Origin: Marinicella sp.
GTDB lineage: Bacteria; Pseudomonadota; Gammaproteobacteria; Xanthomonadales; Marinicellaceae
Assembly: GCA_965230295.1 (NCBI GenBank)
Contig: OZ246001.1
Location: forward strand, 3,827,502 to 3,891,501
Length of the DNA: 64,000 bases
Direction of reading: 5' to 3'
Shown: positions 29,431 through 40,401 of the stretch, in pieces
How positions within the stretch are numbered: the stretch's first letter is position 1
Layout of the letters: every line of letters begins with the position of its first letter
Notes under the pieces: generated by a model
Database searches by the model: none
Seen by the model: the letters and a program-made list of their open reading frames with translations, nothing else
What the model was told of the DNA's origin: nothing
Translations under genes and position numbers: made by a program

Positions 29431-30330
29431 ATGCTTATGAAACATGTCAGAACCCCAGATGACCGATTTGCAAACCTGAAAGATTATCTTTTTAATCCGC
29501 ATTACACTGAAGTGGCTGGTTTAAGGATGCATTATGTTGATGAAGGCGATCAGTCAGCTGATCCTGTTTTGATGTTACATGGTGAGCCCAGTTGGTCCTA
29601 TTTATACCGAAAGATGATACCCGTTTGTGCTGATGCAGGGCATCGTGTACTGGCACCAGATTTAATCGGTTTTGGTAAATCAGACAAACCCACCCGATTC
29701 AAAGATTACAGCTATGCAGCTCACTTGGCATGGTTACAAGCTTTCATGGATCAACTGTCTCTCAACAACATCACTTTGGTGTGTCAGGATTGGGGCTCTT
29801 TGTTGGGTTTGCGACTGGTCACTGCCAATCCAGATCGATTCAAGGCGGTGGTTGTAGGCAATGGCTTTTTACCATCTGGCGATCAACCTATACCCAAAGC
29901 TTTTAAACTGTGGAGAATGTTTGCTAAATACAGCCCCTGGTTTCCAATTGGCAAAATTGTCAGCTATGGCTGTCTCAGTGAACTGAGCGAAGGTGAAGTC
30001 TATGCCTATGATGCACCCTTCCCTGGTCGCAAATACAAAGCAGGTACCCGGGCATTCCCTAAATTAGTACCCACAGAATATGATGCGCCAGAGGCCATCA
30101 ACAACCGCGCTGCCTGGAATATACTTGAACAATGGAACAAACCATTTCTGACCACATTCAGCAACAAAGATCCGATCATGCGTGGTGGAGAAAAATATTT
30201 ACAGGAACGGGTTCCTGGTGCCAAAGATTTACCCCATGTAATTTTAAAAGGTGGTCACTTTTTGCAGGAAGACTCACCCATAGAGTTTGCACAAGCCGTG
30301 AATGAATTACTGTCGGCTATTAAAGACTGA
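29431..30330 (+). CDS. Haloalkane dehalogenase
   Basis: LHGEPSWSYLYR, QDWG nucleophile and GHFLQED motifs. Confidence 0.9.
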   Translation: MLMKHVRTPDDRFANLKDYLFNPHYTEVAGLRMHYVDEGDQSADPVLMLHGEPSWSYLYRKMIPVCADAGHRVLAPDLIGFGKSDKPTRFKDYSYAAHLAWLQAFMDQLSLNNITLVCQDWGSLLGLRLVTANPDRFKAVVVGNGFLPSGDQPIPKAFKLWRMFAKYSPWFPIGKIVSYGCLSELSEGEVYAYDAPFPGRKYKAGTRAFPKLVPTEYDAPEAINNRAAWNILEQWNKPFLTTFSNKDPIMRGGEKYLQERVPGAKDLPHVILKGGHFLQEDSPIEFAQAVNELLSAIKD

Positions 30331-30356
30331 TTCCACCATCACCAAAATTGTAAAAT

Positions 30357-30385
30357 AAAAAAGGCAGGGGTTATTCCCTGCCTTT
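30357..30385. terminator. Intrinsic terminator between convergent genes
   Basis: A run followed by AAGGCAGGG-GTTATT-CCCTGCCTT. Confidence 0.8.
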
Positions 30386-30404
30386 GATTCCAAGCTTTTT
30401 TCGA

Positions 30405-32663
30405 TCACATATCTGAAGTCATCACTTTTACCCAAGCTTTGACAAAATCATTGACAAATTTCTCTTTTGAGTCATCAAACGCATAGAATTCAGCAATGGC
30501 TCTTAATTCTGAATTTGACCCGAACACCAGATCTACCGGAGTGGCTGTCCATTTGTTTTCACCGGTTTTACGATCAAAACCTTGATACAAACCGGCTTGA
30601 TCAGAAGCCTTCCATGTAGTGGACATGTCCAACAAATTCACGAAGAATTGATTGTTCAGGATGCCAGGCGTTGTTGTCAGTACACCATGCTCAGAACCAC
30701 CATGGTTGGCATTCAATGCACGCATTCCACCAACCAAAACAGTCATTTCAGGTACTGTCAGATTCAATTGATCGGCCTTATCTATCAACATTTCGGTGGG
30801 TGAGCGGTAGCTGTTGTCCACATCAAAATAGTTTCTGAAAGCATCAGCTGTAGGCCTTAACAGGTCGAATGAATGCTCGTCGGTTAACGCTTGTGTGGTA
30901 TCAGCACGACCTGCCTTGAATGGGATGTTGACATCATAACCCGCTTTTTCAGCAGCATGCTCAATGGCAGTCGAACCGGCCAATACAATTAAATCTGCCA
31001 AAGAAACCTGGCGCGCCCCTCTGGCCGACTCATTGAACTTGTCTTTGATGTTATTCAGCTTTTCCAAGACCATGGCCAATTCTTTGGGGTCATTGACGGC
31101 CCAGTTCTTTTGAGGCGCCAAGGCAATTCTGGCCCCATTGGCACCACCACGACGATCTGAAGCGCGGTAACTGGAAGCTGCACCCCAAGCCACTCGAATC
31201 AATGCGGCATGAGGCAAGCCTGATTCTATGATGTGTTGTTTCAATTTTTTGAGGTCACGATCATTGATCATTTTATAGTCTGGTTCTGGAATCGGATCTT
31301 GCCACACCAACACATCTTCAGGCACATCTTCACCCAGGTAGCGAGACCTCGGACCCATGTCTCGATGGGTAAGTTTGTACCAAGCCTTGGCGAATGCCAG
31401 TCGATATTCTTCAGGATCATTTAAAAAGCGTTCAGCAATTTTTTTGTAAGCGGGATCAAATTTGATGGCCAGATCAGCCGTGGTCATCACCGGTGGATTG
31501 AACTTGCCTTTGACGTGTGCATCCGGCACTGATTTATGCAGTGATTCATCAGTCGGAATCCATTGTGTCGCACCACCCGGGCTTTTGCTTTGTTGCCATT
31601 CAAAATTCAACAAGTTCTGTAAGTACAAGGTGGTCCATTGGGTCGGGGCCTGTGTCCAGGCACCTTCCAACCCACTGGTTACGGTGTCTTCGGAATGGCC
31701 TTTGCCGCATTTGTTTTTCCAACCCAGCCCCTGTTCTTCGGTACTGGCTGCGCCAGGTTCAGGACCCACACAGTCACCAGGCTTGTGGGCACCATGCATT
31801 TTGCCAAAGGTATGGCCGCCTGCAATCAATGCCACGGTTTCTTCATCATTCATGGCCATGCGACCGAATGACAAACGGATGTTCTTCGCCGATGCGACTG
31901 GATCAGGTACGCCTCTTGGACCTTCTGGATTGACATAAATCAGCCCCATGTGCATGGCACCCAAAGGTCGCTGAAGCTTGCCATCTTTTTCAAATCGATC
32001 GCTGGCCAGCATTTTCACTTCCGGCCCCCAATAAACCACATCAGGTTCCCAGTCATCTTCACGACCACCCGCAAATCCATAGGTTTTAAACCCCATGTTC
32101 TCTAAGGCTACGTTGCCTGCCAAAATCATCAAATCTGACCAGGACAATGCCGCACCGTATTTCTTTTTAATCGGCCACAACAACCGTTTGGCTTTATCTA
32201 AGTTACCGTTATCTGGCCAGCTATTCAAAGGATCAAAGCGCATTTGTCCGCCATCACCACCACCTCGGCCGTCTAACGTCCGGTATGTGCCGGCACTGTG
32301 CCAAGACATCCTGATAAAGAATGGACCATAATGACCCCAGTCTGCCGGCCACCAGTCTTGAGAGTCTGTAAGGACTTGGTCCAGATCTGCCTTAACTTCC
32401 TCCATGTCTAATGTATTGAAAGCATTGGCATAATCAAGTGTTTCATTGAAGTATGGACTGGACCGATCATCATGATCACGCAATGGTGATAGGTCTAACT
32501 GATTTGGCCACCAAAATTGATTACTTTTGGTTTGGACATTTTTCATCTCATGAGTGCCTGGTTTGTTTACTTTCGTGTCATCTTTGGCATGGCTGTGAAA
32601 TGGTGCGGTAAGCATAAGGGTGCCTATATATGTACCCATTTTTATGTATTCGGTTATGTTCAT
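30405..32663 (-). CDS. katG: Catalase-peroxidase with N-terminal signal peptide
   Basis: [18 protein letters not shown] and GGHTFGK motifs; GGAGG RBS before the start at 32663. Confidence 0.95.
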   Translation of the reverse strand: MNITEYIKMGTYIGTLMLTAPFHSHAKDDTKVNKPGTHEMKNVQTKSNQFWWPNQLDLSPLRDHDDRSSPYFNETLDYANAFNTLDMEEVKADLDQVLTDSQDWWPADWGHYGPFFIRMSWHSAGTYRTLDGRGGGDGGQMRFDPLNSWPDNGNLDKAKRLLWPIKKKYGAALSWSDLMILAGNVALENMGFKTYGFAGGREDDWEPDVVYWGPEVKMLASDRFEKDGKLQRPLGAMHMGLIYVNPEGPRGVPDPVASAKNIRLSFGRMAMNDEETVALIAGGHTFGKMHGAHKPGDCVGPEPGAASTEEQGLGWKNKCGKGHSEDTVTSGLEGAWTQAPTQWTTLYLQNLLNFEWQQSKSPGGATQWIPTDESLHKSVPDAHVKGKFNPPVMTTADLAIKFDPAYKKIAERFLNDPEEYRLAFAKAWYKLTHRDMGPRSRYLGEDVPEDVLVWQDPIPEPDYKMINDRDLKKLKQHIIESGLPHAALIRVAWGAASSYRASDRRGGANGARIALAPQKNWAVNDPKELAMVLEKLNNIKDKFNESARGARQVSLADLIVLAGSTAIEHAAEKAGYDVNIPFKAGRADTTQALTDEHSFDLLRPTADAFRNYFDVDNSYRSPTEMLIDKADQLNLTVPEMTVLVGGMRALNANHGGSEHGVLTTTPGILNNQFFVNLLDMSTTWKASDQAGLYQGFDRKTGENKWTATPVDLVFGSNSELRAIAEFYAFDDSKEKFVNDFVKAWVKVMTSDM

Positions 32664-32759
32664 AGAATCCTCCGGTTTCAGTAAAAACAACTTTATGACT
32701 AAATATCAGTTGTAATAGATTTGCAGCAATTTGCATAATCTATCGTTATATTTATATCA

Positions 32760-32774
32760 ATAGAATTTATCTAT
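32760..32774. promoter_or_regulatory. OxyR-like half site upstream of katG
   Basis: ATAG-AATTTAT-CTAT (ATAG-N7-CTAT). Confidence 0.4.
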
Positions 32775-32953
32775 GACCAATATTTTAAATAGATCAGATT
32801 GATCTATTTTTACGAAGATGCAGCTAATATGTGTTCAATTTCGAACACTTTTATATTTAATAAATCTGAGTTAAGAGCTGAATATTTATGCTTTCATGAT
32901 TCTGATGACACAAATGGAGAGTACAGTGCCAAAGTAAAACTCATCTTCATTAA

Positions 32954-34177
32954 CTATGGACAGCTGGCAGACCAAGCGCTCGTGTCTCCTGACTCAAATC
33001 CATCAGAGAATACAGCATCTACATTGACATCTCTGACATACAGATCTGTACCTGTGCTCCCTATTCTCGGTCCACCAACCACCAATCTTGTGTTGTTGGT
33101 GTAGTTACCTTTAAGCTGAACCTGGCATGTAGCAACTGGACCGCCTGTGCCATCTAATGGAAATAAGAAATCATTCATAACTGGTGTGGAAGTATCATAA
33201 GGCTTATAAGACCAGTAATCACCCCATATGGTCTTGTTCAAAACAGGCAGACCGTTGAGATCAAGAAAAGAACTGGTTGTCCCACCTTGAAAAGAAAATT
33301 GCGAACCATTGTTAACAATCGTCCCTAAATCTCTTTGAACGGCTGCAGCAGGGTTATTTTCAGGCACTTCAACTGATCTGGCAGTACCTTCAGAGTTATA
33401 TGTGAATGTAATGCCCGTGCCATTGAAGGACCCTGCTCCTTCTTTAACAAAAGTGAAACCACTGGGTGGTGATAAATTCTCAATCGGTGTATGGGTAAAA
33501 GATGCTGAAGAACCAACTGTACTGGTGTGTGTTACCCTGACCTGACCATTGCTCTGTTGATTCAAGCCCATCATATAGCGACCTGAAAAACTGGAGGCCA
33601 AAGGCTCTCTGATACCGCCATCAAACGGACCGGCGGATGTATAACGACCATAAAAAGTGTAATTAGACCCTCCATTGGTTGACCTGAAAATTTCTGTTTC
33701 ACCGTCGGTTAAATCATGGGTAGCCACAAAAACCCCATCTTGGGTTAAAGCACAATCTGCATTGTCAAAATCATTGGTGGTGGTACCTGGCATGGTTGAT
33801 GTACTCCAGGTAGATCCATTGTATCTGGCCACTTCTAAGTTAAAGTTTTTGATGTATGGCACAATGACATTGGATCCATCCGTGCAAATATCTCCCAGCG
33901 CAAACAAAACAGATGAGCTATCCAGGGCTGACCCTGTAATACCAGTGCCATTATAAGGAGGTGGAATTCGAACGGTTTGCAGCCGGTTATTCGATCCATC
34001 GTTCCACAAAACCACAGCCAATAAATCTGGATTGGGTCCAGACGAATATGCACCTAATTTGATTTCCAATGGTTCTTGAAAAAATACTGGGATCGTTTGC
34101 CAGTCCCCCTTAGGATCACCTTTGGCCAGAAATGGTGTAAAAACCCATACCACAAACATCAATTTTAATAATCTCAT
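32954..34177 (-). CDS. Secreted hypothetical protein with tail VFSDGFESGDTSAWS
   Basis: Signal peptide; beta-rich sequence; extended GFE motif. Confidence 0.75.
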   Translation of the reverse strand: MRLLKLMFVVWVFTPFLAKGDPKGDWQTIPVFFQEPLEIKLGAYSSGPNPDLLAVVLWNDGSNNRLQTVRIPPPYNGTGITGSALDSSSVLFALGDICTDGSNVIVPYIKNFNLEVARYNGSTWSTSTMPGTTTNDFDNADCALTQDGVFVATHDLTDGETEIFRSTNGGSNYTFYGRYTSAGPFDGGIREPLASSFSGRYMMGLNQQSNGQVRVTHTSTVGSSASFTHTPIENLSPPSGFTFVKEGAGSFNGTGITFTYNSEGTARSVEVPENNPAAAVQRDLGTIVNNGSQFSFQGGTTSSFLDLNGLPVLNKTIWGDYWSYKPYDTSTPVMNDFLFPLDGTGGPVATCQVQLKGNYTNNTRLVVGGPRIGSTGTDLYVRDVNVDAVFSDGFESGDTSAWSASCP

Positions 34178-34291
34178 TATGCCACCTGATTAAACGCTGA
34201 CTTGTTAATACATGCGAATAATCAAGGCCAATCACGCCATCTATTTGACGCTATGATTAAATATAAATAATTAAGTCTGTTTTATGTACTT

Positions 34292-35188
34292 TCAATAAAC
34301 ACTGTTGGCATATTTCTTTTCGCCCGCGTTGATCTCAACCCGCATGCGATTTTGCAAAGGTGGCAATGTACAGGTCGAATAGGCCGTAAAGGAACAAGGT
34401 GGGTTGTAGGACTTGTTGAAGTCAATCCTGACTGTACCCTGTTCGTTTACTTTGCCATCAGTATATAAAAATCGACCTGGACCATAGGTGGTTTTGCCGT
34501 TGGTTTTATCACCAAATATCATGTAGTAATCTTCACTTGAATCCAAGGCATCCAGACTGTAAGACACACCATCGATGCTGAATTCCAACCTACCTGGTGA
34601 CTCTTGTTCAGTGAGTATGCCTAAGACATTAACAGTGGGTATGATTTTAGCCGGTTTATACGGAATGAATTGGGCGTCAATCCGATACTTTTCATCTTCA
34701 GGAAAGTACTCCAATCCCAGAAAACCGGTGCGGGTCTCGGCCAGTGAATCCTTGATCCTGATGGCCATTTTATCACCACGTTCAATGGCATGAAAAAGAA
34801 ATGAATCAACAGTAAAAATGGTGGTGTCTTCATCACTAGAATCAGCATGCACTGTCATCATTTCTATGACAGGTAACTCATCGGCCATGATCCCTGAGGC
34901 CATATTGGGTGAAAATTTAATACCTTTGTGCTGATCCAACCAAAAGCTCCCCAGGTTTTCCGGACCATGGGTTAACCTGATGTCATTGTCAGCTGCTGAA
35001 CCAATGCTATTTTCACCCACCCTGAGCCACGCTAACCCAACCAAACTTAACCAGCCATGAGGTTGTTTCAGTCTTTCAACCCGGTATTCTTTCCATTTTT
35101 GGTATTCAGATTTTTGTTCTTCTGCGGCCTGAGTGATAAAAATGAAACCTAAAGCCAATAAACAGGCAGTGATTAATTTTCGTTGCAT
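34292..35188 (-). CDS. DUF1684 family protein
   Basis: GWLSLVGL, TYGPGRFL and DFNKSYNPPCSFTAYSTC.LPP motifs. Confidence 0.88.
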   Translation of the reverse strand: MQRKLITACLLALGFIFITQAAEEQKSEYQKWKEYRVERLKQPHGWLSLVGLAWLRVGENSIGSAADNDIRLTHGPENLGSFWLDQHKGIKFSPNMASGIMADELPVIEMMTVHADSSDEDTTIFTVDSFLFHAIERGDKMAIRIKDSLAETRTGFLGLEYFPEDEKYRIDAQFIPYKPAKIIPTVNVLGILTEQESPGRLEFSIDGVSYSLDALDSSEDYYMIFGDKTNGKTTYGPGRFLYTDGKVNEQGTVRIDFNKSYNPPCSFTAYSTCTLPPLQNRMRVEINAGEKKYANSVY

Positions 35189-35264
35189 GGTGTTGTTCTC
35201 TGTGTCATCTGACTTAACATGTTAAATCATGCACATAGAAATTCAAGTTTTAAACGATTGATTG

Positions 35265-37412
35265 TCAGTTTTTGTGATGCAAGGCAAAACAATGGTGAAT
35301 TTTCGAACCTGAAAAATCAGGATCCAAGCTTTTCATGGTGATATTTTCAACTATATATTTATCTTTAATATCAATATTTAACGAAAACTTTCTAAAGTTA
35401 TTCGAGAAGTATAAAACACCTTTGGGTGAAAGCAATTTCATACAGGCATCAATCATTCTGGCATGGTCTTTTTGCACATCCCAATCTTCATCTCTGGAGT
35501 GGGAATTAGAAAAGGTCGGTGGATCAGCAATGATCAAATCAAATGATTCTTGGCAACGATGCAAATAACTCATCACATCTGAGCGAATGAATTGATGTCT
35601 TTGGTTGCGCAAACCATTGAGGGCAAAATTTTCTTCTGCCCACTTTAAATAGGTTTTGGACGTGTCTACGCTGGTTACTGATTTGGCTTGGCCTTGAGCG
35701 GCAGCCACTGATATGGTGCCGGTGTAACTGAATAAATTCAAAACTTTAAGGTTTTTTGATTCAGATTGAACCTGATTTCTCAACCATCGATGATCCAAGA
35801 ACAAACCCGTGTCTAAGTATTGCTCAAGATCTACCAGATATTTCCTGCCATGTTCATTGATCACGAAGCGATCTTCTTGCTCGTTGAGCTTATTGTATTG
35901 TTGTTTGTCTTTCTGAATCTGCCTTGTTTTCAGGTGAATTTTTTCGACTTTAGGCTGAATAACCGACTGTACAGCCAACAGCACATGGTTTAAATGCAAC
36001 AAAGCTTTTTTGGGGTCAATGCTTTTCGGAGCCTGGTATTCCTGGATGTGAACATGATTTTGATAACAATCTATAGCCACAGCGTATTCTGGCAGATCCG
36101 CATCATACAAACGAAAGGCTTCAATGTGCTTGTCCCCAAGCCACTGACTCAATTGGTTTTTTTTCTTCTTAAGCCGATTTGCCAGCATTTGAGCAGAGGC
36201 CGGCAACGCAAACAACTGACCTTCCGGAACCTCTAATTGACTGTTTTTATTAACATCGATCAACAGCAACTGAATAGGAATGTTGCCGTTGAGTAATGCA
36301 TATGAATTCGTTGCCCTGTAACCCAACAACCACCCCTTCCCTTCATCAGGTGTTAGCACCGCTGCTCTGCCATCACTGACTTTATTTTTCAGCCAATCCC
36401 TCAATTGCACCCAGCTGGACAGGTAATTTTTTTGCAACCTCACACCATAAGGCGGGTTACAGACAATCAAGTTATTGCGTGGTGGGATTCTGAATTTATC
36501 TAAAGTTTGGTATTGAAAACTGATGCGCTTGGTATGCGGTAGGTTAGATAAGTTTTTATTGGCCTGGTTGATGGAATCTTTGTGGTGGTCTACTCCAATG
36601 ACCTGACCTTTGTACGTTTCCATACCAACAGCAGCTCTTTGCTCGGCGGCCATGACCATTTGGCTCCACTGGTTGCTGTCGAAACCATGCCATGAAAACA
36701 ACGCATGACTCTTTAATTGACTGTTGGGTGCCATGTCACAGGCCATTTGCCAACCTTCTGTTAACAAGGTGCCAGATCCGCACATAGGATCGATTAAGTT
36801 ATGATTTTCTCTGGCTGCTTCAGGCCAGCCTGCCCTGATCAGTATGGCCGCAGCCAAGTTTTCTTTCAAGGGTGCCAAGGTGTTGGTACCACGGTATCCC
36901 CTTTGGTGTAAGCTGTGTCCGGTGATGTCCTGATATATATCCAGTTGTTTGTATTTTAACCTGGCATAAACACTCAAATGACCATCAGATTTAACGACTT
37001 TGGGCCGATAACCATAAGCCTCATTCATTTGATCACAAATGGCGTCTTTGGTGACTTGGGACGAAAAATGGGTGTTCTTTAATTCTCGGTTGGTACCATT
37101 GAATTTGATTGACAAGGTTTTGGGTATGTCATGGCACAATTTAGCCCATTCAACACCCATCACCGCATTGTATAAGTCTTTCTTGTTGCCACATTGACTG
37201 CTGGAAATTTTGATGTAAATTCGATTGGCCAACCTGGACCACATCACCGCCTGCATCCACACTTGAGCCGTTGCAGTGGCATGAACACCAGCCAAACCTT
37301 CAGCCACCTCTGAAGCACCCAATTCAAGCAACTCATCCTTCAGCAATAACTCAAGGTGTTTGGGGCAGCTGACGAAGGCTTGAAAGTCAGTCATTTCATT
37401 CATCATGGACAT
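35265..37412 (-). CDS. rlmKL: Bifunctional 23S rRNA methyltransferase RlmKL
   Basis: THUMP domain; [22 protein letters not shown] and DPPTFSNS motifs. Confidence 0.93.
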   Translation of the reverse strand: MSMMNEMTDFQAFVSCPKHLELLLKDELLELGASEVAEGLAGVHATATAQVWMQAVMWSRLANRIYIKISSSQCGNKKDLYNAVMGVEWAKLCHDIPKTLSIKFNGTNRELKNTHFSSQVTKDAICDQMNEAYGYRPKVVKSDGHLSVYARLKYKQLDIYQDITGHSLHQRGYRGTNTLAPLKENLAAAILIRAGWPEAARENHNLIDPMCGSGTLLTEGWQMACDMAPNSQLKSHALFSWHGFDSNQWSQMVMAAEQRAAVGMETYKGQVIGVDHHKDSINQANKNLSNLPHTKRISFQYQTLDKFRIPPRNNLIVCNPPYGVRLQKNYLSSWVQLRDWLKNKVSDGRAAVLTPDEGKGWLLGYRATNSYALLNGNIPIQLLLIDVNKNSQLEVPEGQLFALPASAQMLANRLKKKKNQLSQWLGDKHIEAFRLYDADLPEYAVAIDCYQNHVHIQEYQAPKSIDPKKALLHLNHVLLAVQSVIQPKVEKIHLKTRQIQKDKQQYNKLNEQEDRFVINEHGRKYLVDLEQYLDTGLFLDHRWLRNQVQSESKNLKVLNLFSYTGTISVAAAQGQAKSVTSVDTSKTYLKWAEENFALNGLRNQRHQFIRSDVMSYLHRCQESFDLIIADPPTFSNSHSRDEDWDVQKDHARMIDACMKLLSPKGVLYFSNNFRKFSLNIDIKDKYIVENITMKSLDPDFSGSKIHHCFALHHKN

Positions 37413-38586
37413 GAACTTGAATGATTTCAGCCATGTCTGAAGTTTTCTTTCTGGCAGCGTTCAAAGATCTGGCTGTTGCCAAACAAACGCCCAATCTGCG
37501 TTTGCCATTGATCTCAGGTTTACCAAACAACCTGATTTGAGTGCCCTTTTGAACCAATGCTTGATCAATTTGACTGAATGTGGGGTTAACCCCGTTCCCT
37601 TCACCAATGATCACATGCGAGGCAGAAGGGCCGTTTTGTTGAATGGCCGGAATGGGCAATCCCAGGACCGCACGCACATGTAACGCGAACTGACTCAAGT
37701 CTTGTGAAATCATGGTGACCATGCCTGTGTCATGCGGGCGAGGAGACACTTCGGAAAAAATCACATCATCACCGCGGACAAACAGTTCAACGCCAAAAAT
37801 TCCGTAACCACCCAAAGCATCAGTGACTTTCTTGGCAATTTCTTTGGCTTTGGCCAAAGACACGTCGGTCATGGGCTGTGGCTGCCAAGATTCTTGATAA
37901 TCACCGCCTTCTTGACGGTGGCCTATGGGGTCACAAAACGAAGTACCATCTTTGTGTCTTACAGTGAGCAATGTGATTTCAAAATCGAATTTAACGAACC
38001 CTTCCACAATCACACGACCCGCACCAGTTCGACCACCGCTTTGTGAATACTCCCAGGCAGCATCTACATCTTCTTCGGTCATGATCGTGGATTGGCCTTT
38101 GCCTGATGAACTCATCACCGGTTTAACCACACAGGGAATGCCTACTTGCTTGACTGCTTTGATGAATTGATCATAGTCATCAACGAAATCATACGGGCTG
38201 GTGGTCACTTCAAGTTCTTCGGCTGCCAATCTTCTGATGCCCTCACGGTCCATGGTTAACTGTGCAGCTGTGGCAGTGGGGACCACATTAAATCCTTCTT
38301 GTTCCAACTCAACCAATACATCTGTGGCAATGGCTTCAATTTCTGGCACAATTAAATCAGGCTGATGCTTTTTGATGGCTTTTTTCAACACTTTGGCATC
38401 AGTCATGTCCAGAACGACAAAATCGTCAGCAACTTGCATGGCCGGGGCATGGTCATACCGATCTGCAGCAATGACATGAACGCCCAGTCTTTGTGCTTCG
38501 ATAACCACTTCTTTACCCAGTTCACCGGAGCCTAAAAGCATCATTTTAATGGGGGTGTTGCGGTCGCTGTTGAATATTTGTTCCAT
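37396..38586 (-). CDS. purT: Formate-dependent GAR transformylase
   Basis: [23 protein letters not shown] and [10 protein letters not shown] motifs. Confidence 0.96.
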   Translation of the reverse strand: MEQIFNSDRNTPIKMMLLGSGELGKEVVIEAQRLGVHVIAADRYDHAPAMQVADDFVVLDMTDAKVLKKAIKKHQPDLIVPEIEAIATDVLVELEQEGFNVVPTATAAQLTMDREGIRRLAAEELEVTTSPYDFVDDYDQFIKAVKQVGIPCVVKPVMSSSGKGQSTIMTEEDVDAAWEYSQSGGRTGAGRVIVEGFVKFDFEITLLTVRHKDGTSFCDPIGHRQEGGDYQESWQPQPMTDVSLAKAKEIAKKVTDALGGYGIFGVELFVRGDDVIFSEVSPRPHDTGMVTMISQDLSQFALHVRAVLGLPIPAIQQNGPSASHVIIGEGNGVNPTFSQIDQALVQKGTQIRLFGKPEINGKRRLGVCLATARSLNAARKKTSDMAEIIQVHVHDE

Positions 38587-38775
38587 GCTGTTGATTTTGT
38601 AGGTTTAATGAGGCGGCATTATAGCACCAAACAAAATGAATATAGCCTGAAACCTTTGATTGAATGTACGGTCGAATTGAAGAGAAATTTCAACTTGATT
38701 TCGAACAAACTGGCATATTTTTGCACGTCAAGTTATCATGTCGGCTGTTTCCACTTTTTGAATTTTGAGGTTTAG

Positions 38776-39369
38776 ATGAAGAAAACAATATTAGTGCTGT
38801 TAATGACCCTGTTATCCACATCAATCATGGCAGAAAACACCTTGGTTAAAATGCAAACCAGTCAAGGAGATATTTATCTCGAACTCTATAACGACAAAGC
38901 CCCTTTGTCAGTTGAAAACTTTCTGGCCTATGCCAATGAAGGATTTTATGATGGCACCATATTTCATCGAGTGATCAGTACATTCATGATTCAAGGCGGC
39001 GGTTTTACAGAAAATTTAGAACGAAAGCCCACCAAAGACCCAATCAAGAATGAAGCCAACAATGGTTTAAAAAACCTACGTGGCACCATTTCAATGGCAC
39101 GACTGCCAGATCCACATTCCGCAACTTCGCAGTTTTTCATCAATGTTCAAGACAATGCGGCTTTGAATTTCACAGGTGAACAAAACACCAACACATGGGG
39201 CTATGCTGTTTTTGGCCATGTCGTTCAAGGGATGAATGTGGTTGATGACATCAGGTTTACCCCCACTGCTGGCAAAATGCCATTCAGAAAAGATGTGCCT
39301 GTTGAAAACGTGGTGATCAAATCAATTACAGTTATAGAACAGTTGCCTGAAGCCACACCTGCTTCATGA
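38776..39369 (+). CDS. Cyclophilin-type peptidyl-prolyl isomerase (exported)
   Basis: FHRVI..FMIQGGG and SATSQFFIN motifs; signal peptide. Confidence 0.93.
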   Translation: MKKTILVLLMTLLSTSIMAENTLVKMQTSQGDIYLELYNDKAPLSVENFLAYANEGFYDGTIFHRVISTFMIQGGGFTENLERKPTKDPIKNEANNGLKNLRGTISMARLPDPHSATSQFFINVQDNAALNFTGEQNTNTWGYAVFGHVVQGMNVVDDIRFTPTAGKMPFRKDVPVENVVIKSITVIEQLPEATPAS

Positions 39370-40070
39370 CCACTTATTTCATTGCTGACCTACACTTGTG
39401 TGATCAGCAACCTGACATCACCAGGTCATTCCTGAAGTTTTGTAAAGAACAAGCCCGCAATGCGCGGGCTTTGTATATATTGGGTGACTTCTTTGAATAT
39501 TGGTTAGGTGATGATGCCTTGGATAAAACAGCCACAGTGGTTCAACAGACATTGAAAGAGCTGACAGCATCCGGGGTGAATCTTTTTTTCATGGCAGGTA
39601 ACAGAGATTTCTTATTGGGCCAGTCATTCGCAGACTCTTGTGGCATGCAATTGCTAGAAGAACCGACCACCATAGGCTTGTATGGTGAAACCGTATTGTT
39701 GGTTCATGGGGATGCCCAGTGTACCGATGACCTGCCCTACCAGGAAGTCAGGAAAATGTTCAGAAACAAAGCTTGGCAACAACAATTTTTAAGTATGGAC
39801 ATCCAACAACGCATAGAATTTGCCCAACAAGCCAGAGCCAAGAGTCAGGAGCACACCCAAAGCAGTGACCATCAAATCATGGATGTCAATCTTAAGGAAA
39901 TTACAGCTTTGTTTGAATCACATCAAGTCAAAACCATCATTCATGGCCACACACATCGCCCTGCTGTACACCAAGACAAGGGCCGCAAGCGCATAGTCTT
40001 GGGTGATTGGCATCACCAAACCAGCTATCTGGTTGTTGATGAAAGCGGTTACAACTTAATTTCAGGCTAG
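39366..40070 (+). CDS. lpxH: UDP-2,3-diacylglucosamine diphosphatase
   Basis: ADLHL, GNRDFL and HGHTHRP motifs; follows ppi as in many gammaproteobacteria. Confidence 0.93.
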   Translation: MTTYFIADLHLCDQQPDITRSFLKFCKEQARNARALYILGDFFEYWLGDDALDKTATVVQQTLKELTASGVNLFFMAGNRDFLLGQSFADSCGMQLLEEPTTIGLYGETVLLVHGDAQCTDDLPYQEVRKMFRNKAWQQQFLSMDIQQRIEFAQQARAKSQEHTQSSDHQIMDVNLKEITALFESHQVKTIIHGHTHRPAVHQDKGRKRIVLGDWHHQTSYLVVDESGYNLISG

Positions 40071-40134
40071 GGTCTAACCTAGCCACTAAACGCCATCAAA
40101 CTATATCATCTGGGATTGATAGGTATTCAATTCA

Positions 40135-40295
40135 CTCTTAGGAAAGCTGCTGAACAGTTTGACCCGCCAAGCCGGTTGGTGAGCATAGCGAATCAGAGGC
40201 GAAGAGCGCGAGGTAGCAAGTCATGTTCGCCGTGGTCGTTTTCACTTTTGTCTCGAACAAAAGTGAATGAAGCCCCAAGAACATTCCTTAGTTTT
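40135..40295. other. GC-richer structured intergenic element (REP/MITE-like or ncRNA)
   Basis: Perfect 11-bp hairpin TTCACTTTTGT/ACAAAAGTGAA at 40241-40267 within a non-coding gap. Confidence 0.4.
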
Positions 40296-40401
40296 TGTCT
40301 GTTATGGTTGTATAAATGGCTGTTAAAGCCGTCAGCTAGCAATTGGGTTTCCATGGATTTCATGATAAAATTGTCGGCTGATAAAATTACAGAGATTTAG
40401 A

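Noticed and set aside
40135-40295. Lysine riboswitch
   Set aside because: An AGAGGCG-like word is present, but the other conserved aptamer elements and length do not fit.
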